Below, one piece after another: positions 16,308 through 26,037 of a DNA stretch of 64,000 bases; position 1 is the stretch's first letter; the number at the start of each line of letters is the position of its first letter. The stretch is taken from contig CAXXKM010000001.1 of assembly GCA_963664435.2 (NCBI GenBank), positions 1,248,001 to 1,312,000 of the forward strand. The letters are read 5' to 3'. Position numbers and translations under genes: made by a program. Source of the stretch: Longimicrobiales bacterium (GTDB taxonomy: Bacteria > Gemmatimonadota > Gemmatimonadetes > Longimicrobiales > Gaopeijiaceae). Below the pieces are notes generated by a model that saw nothing but the letters and a program-made list of their open reading frames with translations, was not told the DNA's origin and searched no databases.

Positions 16308-17600
16308 TCAGCGCAGGACGCGGAAGATACGGTCGGCGAGCGTCGTCATCAGCGGCGTGCCGACCGCCAGCAGGACGATCCCCGCGGTTTCCGCGGGCCG
16401 GGAGCCATTGCTCTTGCCCTCGATTACGAGGAGGTAGCCGGCCGTCGCCGCCATCGCGCTTCCGAGCGCGGCGGGGAGAAACCGTCCTCTGGAGCGGCTG
16501 GTCTGGCCGGCCCACCCGGCCGAGTAGCCTCCCGCCGCGCTGGGCAGGGCCAGCGCCAGCACGCCTGTGCCCGTCGTCAGGACGCCGGTGCAGCGCGGGC
16601 GCAGACCCCCGATGCCGGTATCGATATCGAGGCACTGGTTGGCCAGACCGAGACCGAGCGCCAGGCCGACCGCGTTCCCCACGAAGGAGCTGAGGAAGAC
16701 CCGCTCCCATCCGTAGCGCTCCTCCTCCAGAGACCAGTCGAAGCCGGTCGCCAGACGATCGGTGGCGGTTTCGCGTTGACGCTGCGGCCCGGTCTTGGTC
16801 TCCACCAGGAGGGCGCCTCCTCCCGCTGCCATGCCGAACCGGGTCGACGCCTGCAGGGGCGACAGCAACTCCACGCGCGCGATGTCCTCGAGGGGCATCG
16901 AGAAGTAGAGCAGCGACGGCACCGCCGCCCGGACCCCATCCACGTAGATGGATACGTCGTTACACCCGCCTTGCGCCGACGTGGAACGGTATTCGACGCA
17001 GGAGCCGGTTCGCCCCGAGCGGACGCGGAGGCCCGGCAGGTGCTGCGCGAGCACGTCGGACAGGCCGAGCCCGCGGCGGGCGGCTTCGCTGAGCTGCGCC
17101 GGCCCGACCTCGTTCATGGAATGGCCGGTGGAGATCCTCCTCTGCTCCAGCTCCGTGACCGCCTCCACGACGAGGGGCTCGAGTTCGATCGTGCGCGGTG
17201 CCAGGCGCACGTCGAGGCGGAGGTCCTCGCCCGGATTCACCGCGATCTCGTGCGACTGGTCGCCATAGGCGAGATGCTCCACCACCAGGATGTGCGCCCC
17301 CTCCGGGACCACCTCGAACCGGAACATTCCGGCTGCGTCGGTCACGGTGGAGATGCCGAGGTCCTGCAGGCGCACGACGACGTCGGCGATCGGCCGGGAG
17401 TTCTGGTGCTCCAGCACCCGTCCGGTCAGGGCTCCGCTTTGCTGGGAGACGGCCTCGGTTGCGGATAGCAGCGACAGGAGGCACAGCAGGGCCGCGCGGA
17501 ACGCCGCAGGAGCACATCTGGCGAGCGCGCGCCGCGCCGCAACCGAGGATCCCGAATGTGCGGCGGTTGGCGCCGGTCGGACCGGCCGGAGGGAAGTCAT
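16308..17600 (-). CDS. Carboxypeptidase-regulatory-like plus TonB plug domain protein with a C-terminal helical membrane region
   Basis: TGRVLE...TDAAGMFRF, IELEPLVVEA, IYVDGV...DIARVELLSPLQASTRFG...GALLVETK, then about four hydrophobic Gly/Ala-rich helices. Confidence 0.75.
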   Translation of the reverse strand: MTSLRPVRPAPTAAHSGSSVAARRALARCAPAAFRAALLCLLSLLSATEAVSQQSGALTGRVLEHQNSRPIADVVVRLQDLGISTVTDAAGMFRFEVVPEGAHILVVEHLAYGDQSHEIAVNPGEDLRLDVRLAPRTIELEPLVVEAVTELEQRRISTGHSMNEVGPAQLSEAARRGLGLSDVLAQHLPGLRVRSGRTGSCVEYRSTSAQGGCNDVSIYVDGVRAAVPSLLYFSMPLEDIARVELLSPLQASTRFGMAAGGGALLVETKTGPQRQRETATDRLATGFDWSLEEERYGWERVFLSSFVGNAVGLALGLGLANQCLDIDTGIGGLRPRCTGVLTTGTGVLALALPSAAGGYSAGWAGQTSRSRGRFLPAALGSAMAATAGYLLVIEGKSNGSRPAETAGIVLLAVGTPLMTTLADRIFRVLR

Positions 17601-17716
17601 GCGCGAGCCTGTCGGGGAAAAGCGTGCCAAGTCGAAATACCCTGAGCCGATCCGGCGCGTTCCGATACGGCTGGGCCCGGGATCTCTCCGAAGCTAGCGC
17701 GGGCGCACCCCCGAAG

Positions 17717-19138
17717 CTAACGCCGAGGGGCCGACGAGGGCCCTATGTCCACCCGGATGTCGCGCCACTTTCCCTGACGATAACGCGCAACGCTCAGCAG
17801 GCAGCGGGCGGCGTGCCCCAGCAGAATCGCGATCCAGACGTCGGCGGGTTCGAGCCCGCGCAGCTGCTGGAGGATCGCCAGAAGGCCGAGGGGGATCACC
17901 ACCTGGGAGATGATGGAGATGAACAGCGGGCTGCGTGTGTCGCCGCTCCCCTGCAGTCCGCCGGTGTATGTGAGCGCGACGGTCACGAAGAGCCCGGACG
18001 CGCTCAGGAAGCTCAGGAGCTGGATTCCCAGGCCGACCACCACGGGATCCTCCATGCCGAAGACGGCAAGCAGGGCATCGGGAATCAGCACGAACATGGC
18101 TCCCACGGCCAGCGCGACCAGCAGGCCGATGCGCGAAGACACCCTCACTCCGTGGATGGCCCGTTCGGGACGGCCCGCGCCCAGATTCTGCCCCGCCACC
18201 GCCGCGGTCGCGCCCATGAGCCCGATGGATGTCCACGTGATCAAAGAGAAGAGCTGGACGTATCCCACGGCATAGGCGGCCTGCGCCTCCGCGCTCAGGG
18301 CGAGGGAGCCGATGAAGCGCAGCAGCAGCACGCCGGCGATGTTCATGACCACACCCTGGACGCCCGCGGGAAGTCCGAAACGGAAGAGCTGGCGAATGAT
18401 GCGCCAGTCGGGCGCGAGCGACATGCCTCGTTCGAAGGCGACCACGTGCCGCCGCGAGAGGAGCAGCCAGAGCACGACCCCGCTGATGATCGCGCCGGAT
18501 ATCACCGTGGCCATCGCCGCCCCGGCGGTGCCGAAAGAGGGGATCGGCCCCAGCCCGCGGATCAGGATCACGCACAGCGTGATGTTGAGCGAGGTCAGGC
18601 CCACGCCCAGCCGAAGCGGGGTGCGGGCGTCTCCGGCCGCGCGGAACGCTCCTCCGGCCATGAAGAACATCATCATGCCGAAGCTGAAGACGAAGAGGAT
18701 GCGCAGGTACGGGAGGGCTTCCGCCTGGACTTCCGGAGTCGCGCCCACCAGTCCCACCAGGGAAGGGGCCAGGAAGTACCCGAGAGGCGCGACGATCCCG
18801 ATCGAGAGAGCCGCTGCCGTCAGGAAGGCCTGGTAGACGGTGCGGTTGACCTTCTCCTTTTCGCCCGCCCCGGCGAAGCGGGCCACCAGGATGCCCATCC
18901 CGGTGAAGAGCGAAGAGATGAAGACGATGACGACGAGGTAGATCTGCGACGATATGCCGATGGCGGCGTTGCCGGCGTAGCCGACGTAGTTGCCCACCAT
19001 GACGTGTCCGACCAGGCCCTGCATGCCGGCGATCACGTTCTGCAGCATGGTCGGCCAGGCCAGCTTCCAGACGGCTCGCGGGACCGGCCCTTCTACAATG
19101 CTGCGGTCGAAGGGGCGTCCGCCGGGCCGCCGGGGCAT
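17717..19138 (-). CDS. MATE family efflux transporter
   Basis: KLAWPTML, ARFAGAG, GDARTPL, GQNLGAG, GDTRSPL; many TM segments in two repeats. Confidence 0.92.
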   Translation of the reverse strand: MPRRPGGRPFDRSIVEGPVPRAVWKLAWPTMLQNVIAGMQGLVGHVMVGNYVGYAGNAAIGISSQIYLVVIVFISSLFTGMGILVARFAGAGEKEKVNRTVYQAFLTAAALSIGIVAPLGYFLAPSLVGLVGATPEVQAEALPYLRILFVFSFGMMMFFMAGGAFRAAGDARTPLRLGVGLTSLNITLCVILIRGLGPIPSFGTAGAAMATVISGAIISGVVLWLLLSRRHVVAFERGMSLAPDWRIIRQLFRFGLPAGVQGVVMNIAGVLLLRFIGSLALSAEAQAAYAVGYVQLFSLITWTSIGLMGATAAVAGQNLGAGRPERAIHGVRVSSRIGLLVALAVGAMFVLIPDALLAVFGMEDPVVVGLGIQLLSFLSASGLFVTVALTYTGGLQGSGDTRSPLFISIISQVVIPLGLLAILQQLRGLEPADVWIAILLGHAARCLLSVARYRQGKWRDIRVDIGPSSAPRR

Positions 19139-19160
19139 GGGCTGACCGACCCCGCCGGGA

Positions 19161-19916
19161 TCAGGACTGCGCGCGTTTTCCGCGGACGACGCGAAGGAGT
19201 TTCGCCAGCGGGTCGTACGCCCTGTCCACGACGCGCTCCTTCAGGGGGATGATGGCGTTGTCGGTGATGGTGATGCTCTCCGGACACACCTTGGTACAGC
19301 ACTTGGTGATGTTGCAGTAGCCCACGCCCTGATCCTTGCGCAGCGTCTCGAGCCGGTCCCCGGTGTCGAGCGGGTGCATCTCGAGCGCGGCCACATGCAC
19401 CATGTAGCGGGGGCCGATGAACTCCTCGTGCAGGTGGTGGTCCCTCAGCACGTGACAAACGTCCTGGCACAGGAAGCACTCGATGCACTTGCGGAACTCC
19501 ATCACCCGGTCGACGTCCTCCTGGAAGATCTCCCAGGTGCCGTCCTCATGGTCGGGCTCGCGGGGCTGGAAGGCGGCGATGTTCTCCTTGACGCGGTAGT
19601 TCCAGGAGACGTCGGTGACCAGGTCGCGCACCAGCGGAAAGGCCTTCATCGGCTCGATGGTGACCGGCTCGTCCATGGGAAGGTCGCTCAGGCGGGTCAT
19701 GCACATGAGTTTGGGCATGCCGTTCACCTCCGCGGAACACGACCCGCAGCGGCCCGCCTTGCAGTTCCAGCGCACCGCCAGGTCGTTCGCCTGCTCGGCC
19801 TGGATCCTGTGGACGGCGTCGAGCACCACCATCCCCGTGGTGGTCTCGATCGTGTAGTCCTGGAATCCCCCGGTCTCCCCGTCCCCTCTCCAGACCCTGA
19901 ACGTGCTCTCGGCCAT
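19161..19916 (-). CDS. sdhB: Succinate dehydrogenase/fumarate reductase iron-sulfur subunit
   Basis: CKAGRCGSC...C, CIECFLCQDVC, CNITKCCTKVCP cluster motifs. Confidence 0.92.
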   Translation of the reverse strand: MAESTFRVWRGDGETGGFQDYTIETTTGMVVLDAVHRIQAEQANDLAVRWNCKAGRCGSCSAEVNGMPKLMCMTRLSDLPMDEPVTIEPMKAFPLVRDLVTDVSWNYRVKENIAAFQPREPDHEDGTWEIFQEDVDRVMEFRKCIECFLCQDVCHVLRDHHLHEEFIGPRYMVHVAALEMHPLDTGDRLETLRKDQGVGYCNITKCCTKVCPESITITDNAIIPLKERVVDRAYDPLAKLLRVVRGKRAQS

Positions 19917-21727
19917 TATCCCTGTTCCTCGATGATTCGGCGCAGCCGCCCGGGCAGCTCGCGGACCGGTTCCCTGCGACTCTTCATGTTCCCGTCCGCA
20001 CCCTTCCACAACACGAGGTTGTAGCGGCCCCAGTCAGGATCCTTCGCCGGGTAGTCGACCCGGGAATGAGCGCCCCGGCTCTCCCTGCGTCCGATCGCGG
20101 CACGGGCGGCGGCTTCCGAGACGGCCAGCAGGTTGTCGAGATCGAGGGCCGTGTGCCAGCCGGGGTTGTATTCCCGGTTGCCCGTCACGGCGACGTTCGC
20201 AGCCCGCTCCCTGAGCGCCTCGATGTCCTCGAGAGCCGACGCCAGGTCGTCCTCGGTGCGCACGATCCCGACCTTGTCCTGCATGAGCTTCTGGAGGTCT
20301 TCCTGTACCTGATAGGGGCCCTCTCCGCCGTCGTTGCCGAACGGGGCCAGGGAATGGCGTTCGGCCTCCGCGACCTGCCACTCGTCGAGCGACGGGGCGG
20401 CGTTCTCGACGGCGAAACGGGCCGCGTACTCGCCGGCCCGCTTGCCGAAGACCAGCAGGTCGGAGAGGGAGTTGCCGCCCAGGCGGTTGGCGCCGTGCAG
20501 CCCCGCCGCGCACTCCCCGGCGGCGAACAGGCCCGGCACGTTGGACATCTGGGTATCCGCGTCCACCCGCACGCCGCCCATCACGTAGTGGGTGGTGGGT
20601 CCGACCTCCATGGGCTCCTTCGTGATATCGATGTCCGCCAGGGCCTTGAACTGGTGGTACATCCCCGGGAGCTTCCGGCGGATGTGGGCCGGGGCATCGG
20701 AGATCTTCTCCGCGATCCAGGCGATGTCGAGGAACGCTCCGCCGTGCGGACTGCCGCGGCCCTCCTTGACCTCGCGCACGATGCAGCGGGCGACGTGGTC
20801 GCGGGTCAGCAGCTCCGGGGGCCGGCGCGCGTCGCGGTCGCCGATGACGTAGCGCCACCCCTCCTCGGGGGAGTCGGCGGTCTGGTCCTTGTAGAGGTCC
20901 GGGATGTCGTCGAACATGAACCGGCGCCCCTCGGAGTTGCGCAGCACGCCCCCTTCCCCGCGCACCCCCTCGGTGACCAGGATGCCGCGCACGCTCGGGG
21001 GCCAGACCATGCCCGTCGGATGGAACTGGACGAACTCCATGTCCACCAGTTCCGCCCCGGCCTCGTAGGCGAGGGCGTGCCCGTCCCCGGTGTATTCCCA
21101 GCTGTTGGAGGTGATCTGGTAGGCCTTGCCGATCCCCCCGGTGGCCAGCACCACGGCCTTCGCCTCGAAGACCTGGAAACGCCCCCGCTCGCGGTCGTAG
21201 GCGAAGGCGCCCGCCACCCGGTCGCCGTCCAGGAGCAGCCGCGTCACGGTGCACTCCATGAAGACGTCCATGCCCTGGTGGATGCCGTGGTCCTGCAGGG
21301 TGCGGATCATCTCCAGGCCGGTGCGGTCGCCAACGTGGGCGAGGCGCGGGTAGGCGTGGCCGCCGAAGTTGCGCTGCAGGATGCGCCCGTCCGGGGTGCG
21401 GTCCATGAGGGCTCCCCAGGCCTCAAGCTCCCTGACGCGATCTGGAGACTCCTGGGCGTGCAGCTCGGCCATGCGCCAGTCGTTCAGGTACTGGCCGCCA
21501 CGCATGGTGTCGGCGAAGTGCACCTCCCAGCTGTCGCGCTCGTCGACGTTGGAGAGCGCGGCCGCCACCCCGCCTTCGGCCATGACGGTGTGCGCCTTGC
21601 CGAGCAGAGACTTGCACACCAGCCCCACCGAAGCGCCCGCGGCGGCGGCTTCGATGGCCGCCCGCAGCCCCGCGCCTCCGGCGCCGATGACCAGGACGTC
21701 GTGTTGGTGCCGCTCGAACTCGGCCAT
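19916..21727 (-). CDS. sdhA: Succinate dehydrogenase/fumarate reductase flavoprotein subunit
   Basis: GAGGAG, KAHTVMAEGG (FAD His), QFHPTG, TEGVRGEGG, HYVMGG, LHGANRLGGNSL, ESRGAH. Confidence 0.93.
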   Translation of the reverse strand: MAEFERHQHDVLVIGAGGAGLRAAIEAAAAGASVGLVCKSLLGKAHTVMAEGGVAAALSNVDERDSWEVHFADTMRGGQYLNDWRMAELHAQESPDRVRELEAWGALMDRTPDGRILQRNFGGHAYPRLAHVGDRTGLEMIRTLQDHGIHQGMDVFMECTVTRLLLDGDRVAGAFAYDRERGRFQVFEAKAVVLATGGIGKAYQITSNSWEYTGDGHALAYEAGAELVDMEFVQFHPTGMVWPPSVRGILVTEGVRGEGGVLRNSEGRRFMFDDIPDLYKDQTADSPEEGWRYVIGDRDARRPPELLTRDHVARCIVREVKEGRGSPHGGAFLDIAWIAEKISDAPAHIRRKLPGMYHQFKALADIDITKEPMEVGPTTHYVMGGVRVDADTQMSNVPGLFAAGECAAGLHGANRLGGNSLSDLLVFGKRAGEYAARFAVENAAPSLDEWQVAEAERHSLAPFGNDGGEGPYQVQEDLQKLMQDKVGIVRTEDDLASALEDIEALRERAANVAVTGNREYNPGWHTALDLDNLLAVSEAAARAAIGRRESRGAHSRVDYPAKDPDWGRYNLVLWKGADGNMKSRREPVRELPGRLRRIIEEQG

Positions 21728-22566
21728 CAGAGGATCCTCCAGTCGGTCCAGATGCCCATGGAGCAGAGGCGCACGTAGACGTCCGTGAAGCCTACCCAGA
21801 CCAAGCTCAGCCAGGCCCACAGCATGTGGCGCCGGTTGAAGCAGCTCACACACTTGTGCGCCTGCTGGCGCACAGGCTTCGCGGAGAGCTTGTCCAGTCC
21901 ACCACCGACCAGGTGGCGCAGCGAATGGCACCCAAAGACGTAGCCGGCCAGCAGCACGACATTGATCGCCAGAACCAGCGATCCGATCCCGACGCCGAAC
22001 GATTCGCCACCGCCGGGCGCCTCAAACCAGAAGCCCTTCCAGGCGTCGTAGGAGAGGATCACGATGAAGATGAGAGCGACGTAGAGGAAGTAGCGGTGGA
22101 TGTTCTGCACGATGAGCGGGAAAGAGTTCTCGCCCAGGTAAGCCTTCCGCGGCTCTCCGACGGCACACGAGGGCGGGTCGGCCCAGAAGGCCTTGTAGTA
22201 GGCGCCCCGGTAGTAGTAGCAGGTCAGGCGGAAGCCGAGCGGGGCCCACAGGATGAGGTAGGCGGGGGACCAGGGGAGCCATCCCAGCCACGACTCCTCC
22301 CACCAGGCCGGGCGCGGCCCCAGCCACGCGTGGTGGGAGTCGCCGAAGAGCTCCGGCGAGTAGTAGGGCGAAAGGTAGTTGCCGAAGGAATAGAATTCGC
22401 CCTGGAAGACCGCCCAGGTTGTGTAGACAATGAACGTGCTGAAGACGAGAAAAACGGCCAGCGGCTCCGCCCACCACCTGTCTCGGCGCATGGTGCGCCC
22501 GAACCGGTTGCGGGCGGGAACGGAGGTCGGGGTCCGGACCGGAAGCGAGGTCGTGCCTGACGCCAT
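21727..22566 (-). CDS. Succinate dehydrogenase membrane anchor, Sdh1 (Rv0249c-like) type
   Basis: YLSPYYSP, FRLTCYYYRGAYYKAF, QNIHRYF, GCHSLRH, NRRHM; about five TM helices; RBS AGGAGG. Confidence 0.85.
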   Translation of the reverse strand: MASGTTSLPVRTPTSVPARNRFGRTMRRDRWWAEPLAVFLVFSTFIVYTTWAVFQGEFYSFGNYLSPYYSPELFGDSHHAWLGPRPAWWEESWLGWLPWSPAYLILWAPLGFRLTCYYYRGAYYKAFWADPPSCAVGEPRKAYLGENSFPLIVQNIHRYFLYVALIFIVILSYDAWKGFWFEAPGGGESFGVGIGSLVLAINVVLLAGYVFGCHSLRHLVGGGLDKLSAKPVRQQAHKCVSCFNRRHMLWAWLSLVWVGFTDVYVRLCSMGIWTDWRIL

Positions 22567-22698
22567 TCCTATCCTCCTGCGAGCGCCCGTGGGGCGCTTC
22601 TGTAAGATCGTGGGCGGACCTGCCGGTCCTCCGTGCGGGGCTCGCCCGTCCGCCTGCCGGGGCACTCCCGCCGGAATCCGGAGCGCCCGGCGTGCAGA

Positions 22699-22727
22699 AG
22701 AATATCCCCGGGGCGCGCATTCGCCAA
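22699..22727 (-). promoter_or_regulatory. Candidate sigma70 promoter of the sdh operon
   Basis: TTGGCG-N17-TATTCT on the - strand. Confidence 0.5.
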
Positions 22728-22839
22728 TACGGGTCGAGGGGACGCGGGGACCGACAGGAGAACGCGCCGGGTCGCGAGACGAGAGCCCGAGGGGCCACGC
22801 CATGCGGGTGGCCGGGCCGCCGGATGAGGGCGCGGGACG

Positions 22840-23550
22840 CTACTTCGGCGACGGGCGTGGCCCGGCGGGGCCCCCGATTGCGCAGGCCCGGCGCCAGACG
22901 GCGTCGAACATCTCGGGCGTGAGCTTGCCGGTGAAGGTGTTCTGCTGGGAGGGATGGTAGGAGGCCAGTACGGTCAGCCGGATGGGCACCTCCGCCGCGT
23001 GGCCGAAGCGGGGCATGGGTCTGGGAAGCGTCTCGCCCCGGTCGCGCAGCAGCCGCAGCACCACCGAGAAGGCGAAGGCGCCGAGCGCGACGACCACGCG
23101 CAGGTTGGGCAGAAGATCCCATTCGCGCTCCAGGAAGGGCCGGCAGGCGTCGCGCTCCCTGGTTGTCGGCCGGTTCTTCGGCGGGGCGCAACGGACCGCG
23201 GCCGTGATCCAGGCGCCGTTGAGGGTGAGCCCGTCGCTGCGCGACGTCGAGTCCGGCTGCGAGGAAAGACCCGCCCGGTGGAGCGCGCCGTAGAGCAGAT
23301 TGCCGGAGGCATCGCCGGTGAACATGCGGCCGGTACGGTTGGAGCCGTGTGCGCCCGGCGCGAGCCCCACGATCACCAGCCAGGCGGCGGGGTCTCCGAA
23401 TCCGGGCACCGGCCGCCCCCAGTACTCCTCCGTCGCGTAGGCGGCCCGCTTCGTACGCGCGACCTGCTCGCGCCACTCGACCAGCCGCGGGCAGCGGCGG
23501 CAGGCGCTCACTTCGGTGGCGAGGGCGGTGAGGGGATGGGTGGGGGTCAC
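22840..23550 (-). CDS. udgB: Uracil-DNA glycosylase family 5 (UdgB-like, Fe-S)
   Basis: CRRCPRL, GLAPGAHGSNRTGRMFTGD, RCAPPKNRP, YHPSQQN. Confidence 0.9.
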   Translation of the reverse strand: MTPTHPLTALATEVSACRRCPRLVEWREQVARTKRAAYATEEYWGRPVPGFGDPAAWLVIVGLAPGAHGSNRTGRMFTGDASGNLLYGALHRAGLSSQPDSTSRSDGLTLNGAWITAAVRCAPPKNRPTTRERDACRPFLEREWDLLPNLRVVVALGAFAFSVVLRLLRDRGETLPRPMPRFGHAAEVPIRLTVLASYHPSQQNTFTGKLTPEMFDAVWRRACAIGGPAGPRPSPK

Positions 23551-23612
23551 TGTCGGGGGCCGGGACGGTCAGTCGGGGAAGCGGGCGGCGCGGTCATTGC
23601 GGGCGGGGGAAC

Positions 23613-25922
23613 TCACCGGACCGGACCGGCATGCAGGTGCAGCACGCCCGGCGTGCCCGAGGCTGCGCCTTCCGTCAGAACCCTGCCGACCACGATCGCG
23701 TGTGGGCACCCGGCGGCGCGAAGGGCTTCCACACAGGCCTCGGCCCGGTCGGCCGGGATGCTGGCGAGCAGCCCGCCCGCGGTCTGCGGGTCGAAGAGGA
23801 GCTGGGCCGCGGGCTCGCCGGTCACATCGGGGTCGGCGCGCACCGATTCCAGCGCGCGCAGGTTCTGGTCGTGGAGCGAGGAGAAGATGCCGAGCCGGGC
23901 CACCTCGCGCGCCCCGTCCAGGAAGGGCACGTCGGCGAGGCCGAGCGAGACCTCCACCCCGGACGCGCGCGCCATTTCCAGCAGGTGGCCGGCGAGCCCG
24001 AAGCCGGTCACGTCGGTGGCGGCGGTGGCTCCGTGTTCGCCGAGGATCCGCGCGGCGGGCCGGTGGGACTCCTGCATGAGGGCGAGCGCGGCGTCGATCC
24101 ACAGGCTTTGCGCGCGACCGCGCATGTCGGCGGCCAGGATCACGCCGGTGCCGACCGGTCGGGTGAGCACCAGCCGGTCGCCCGGACGCATACCCGACTT
24201 TCGCAACAGATCTTCGGGGCGCGCCGTCCCGGTTACGGAGAAGCCCATGGCGAGCTCTCTCCCCTCGCTCGTGTGTCCGCCCACCAGCGCCAACCCGTCG
24301 CGCTCGAGGACCGTGAGCGCCCCGGCCATGAGCTGGGTGAGGTCCTCTTCCATCTTCTCTTCCGCGGCGAGCGGCAGCGTCACCATCGCCATCCCCGCCA
24401 GCGGCTCGGCACCCATCGCGAAAACATCGCCGAGCGCGTGGTTGGCGGTGATGCGGCCGAAGAGGAAGGGATCGTCGATGAAGGAGCGGAAGAAATCGAC
24501 GCTCTGCACGGCCACCTGTCCCGCGGGAACCTGCACCACGGCCGCGTCGTCGGGGGCGTCCAGCCCGACCATCACGCCCGGATGACCGGTGGCGCCCAGC
24601 CGGGCCAGCGAACGGAAGAGCAGCTCGCTGCCCACCTTGGAGCCGCATCCCCCGCAGCGCATCGCCGGACCGGGGCCGACGGACGCCCCGCGCCCGCCTC
24701 CGGACCCGGCCTTCGACGAGCCAGCCGGCGCCGGGCCATCATCGACACGCTCGCCATCCATCGATGGCAGCTCGGTGTAGTCCCGGATGAAGCGCCGGTC
24801 GATGCGGTCCTTCCAGGTCCAGACCCAGCGACCTGCGACCGTCAGTCCGTTGCGGGCTGCGACGGCATGGCGCCGGCCCGTGGAGATCAGGCTCAGGTAC
24901 TCGCGCTGGGGCCGGAAGCCGGCGAGGGACGCTCCGCGCAGGCGGCGCTCGAGGTTGCGGGCCAGCGGCGGCCCCTGGCGAACCGCGAAGACGCCCGCCT
25001 TCGGACGCGGATATCCTTCGACCGCGGCGATATCCCCGGCGGCGAAGACATCGGGATGGGACAGCGTCTGCAGGGTGTCGCGCACCCGGATGAAACCGCG
25101 CTCATCCACCTGCAGGCCGGATTCCCGGGGCCAGTCCGGGGCTCCCGCGGTCGTGACCCAGAGCAACTCGTCGAAGGTGGCGCGGGCGCCGTTGCCGAAG
25201 TGCAGGCGGGAACCGTCCACGCGCACCACCCGGTGATCGGTGTGGACCACGATGCCGCCGTCCTCGAGGATGCGCGCGAAGCGCGTGCGCATACGCCCGG
25301 GGTATGCGGGGAGGATCTCGCTTGAATCGGTGAACAGCTCGATGCGCACATTGTCGCCGGCCCGTCCGGCGGCCTCCGCGGCGCGCGCGAGCCCGTAGCG
25401 GATCGAGAGCGCGACTTCCACTCCTCCGGCGCCGCCGCCCACAATCCCGATCGAGACCGGGTGGGACGTGCCGGCGACACGCTCCCGGAGCCGCGTCCAG
25501 CGGGCGAAGAAGCCGTCGATGGGCTTGACCGGGACGACCGAGTCCTCGGCACCGGCCACTCGTCGTACTCCGGGCGCCGAACCCGTATTCAGCGAGAGCA
25601 GGTCGAAGGCCACCGGCGGACGCCCCGCGCACAGCACCCGCTTGTTCTCGAGATCGACCCCGACCAACTGGTCCCGGAGAAACCGGGCCTGGGCGAAACG
25701 GGCGAGCGGAGCCAGGTCGATATGCGCGTCCGCAAACGTATAGTGGCCCGCGATCAGCCCCGGAAGCATCCCGGAATAGGGGGCGTTCGACTCGCGCGAG
25801 ATCAGCGTAACCCGAACTCCGGGCATCGGCTTCATGCCGAAGTGCTTGAGCACGGCGACGTGGGTGTGCCCGCCGCCGACCAGCACGAGATCCCTGGTCA
25901 CCGGTGGAGGCGGCGAGTGCAT
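23613..25922 (-). CDS. selD: Selenide, water dikinase SelD fused to an N-terminal FAD-dependent pyridine nucleotide-disulfide oxidoreductase
   Basis: LVGGGHTH, YSGMLPG, GGGAGG, VFAAGD; then MRCGGCGSKVG, DDAA, SVDFF, GGHT, TDVTGFGLAGHL, DPQTAGGLL. Confidence 0.92.
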   Translation of the reverse strand: MHSPPPPVTRDLVLVGGGHTHVAVLKHFGMKPMPGVRVTLISRESNAPYSGMLPGLIAGHYTFADAHIDLAPLARFAQARFLRDQLVGVDLENKRVLCAGRPPVAFDLLSLNTGSAPGVRRVAGAEDSVVPVKPIDGFFARWTRLRERVAGTSHPVSIGIVGGGAGGVEVALSIRYGLARAAEAAGRAGDNVRIELFTDSSEILPAYPGRMRTRFARILEDGGIVVHTDHRVVRVDGSRLHFGNGARATFDELLWVTTAGAPDWPRESGLQVDERGFIRVRDTLQTLSHPDVFAAGDIAAVEGYPRPKAGVFAVRQGPPLARNLERRLRGASLAGFRPQREYLSLISTGRRHAVAARNGLTVAGRWVWTWKDRIDRRFIRDYTELPSMDGERVDDGPAPAGSSKAGSGGGRGASVGPGPAMRCGGCGSKVGSELLFRSLARLGATGHPGVMVGLDAPDDAAVVQVPAGQVAVQSVDFFRSFIDDPFLFGRITANHALGDVFAMGAEPLAGMAMVTLPLAAEEKMEEDLTQLMAGALTVLERDGLALVGGHTSEGRELAMGFSVTGTARPEDLLRKSGMRPGDRLVLTRPVGTGVILAADMRGRAQSLWIDAALALMQESHRPAARILGEHGATAATDVTGFGLAGHLLEMARASGVEVSLGLADVPFLDGAREVARLGIFSSLHDQNLRALESVRADPDVTGEPAAQLLFDPQTAGGLLASIPADRAEACVEALRAAGCPHAIVVGRVLTEGAASGTPGVLHLHAGPVR

Positions 25923-26037
25923 GGCGTCCCTGCGCATGGACTCAAGATGCCGCCGCATCGCGGCACCGTTCAAGGTTCGGGTCCCGGAGGACAGGCGCGG
26001 ACAGGAGGGATTCCCCTCCCATTCCGCCCCCGGGAGC

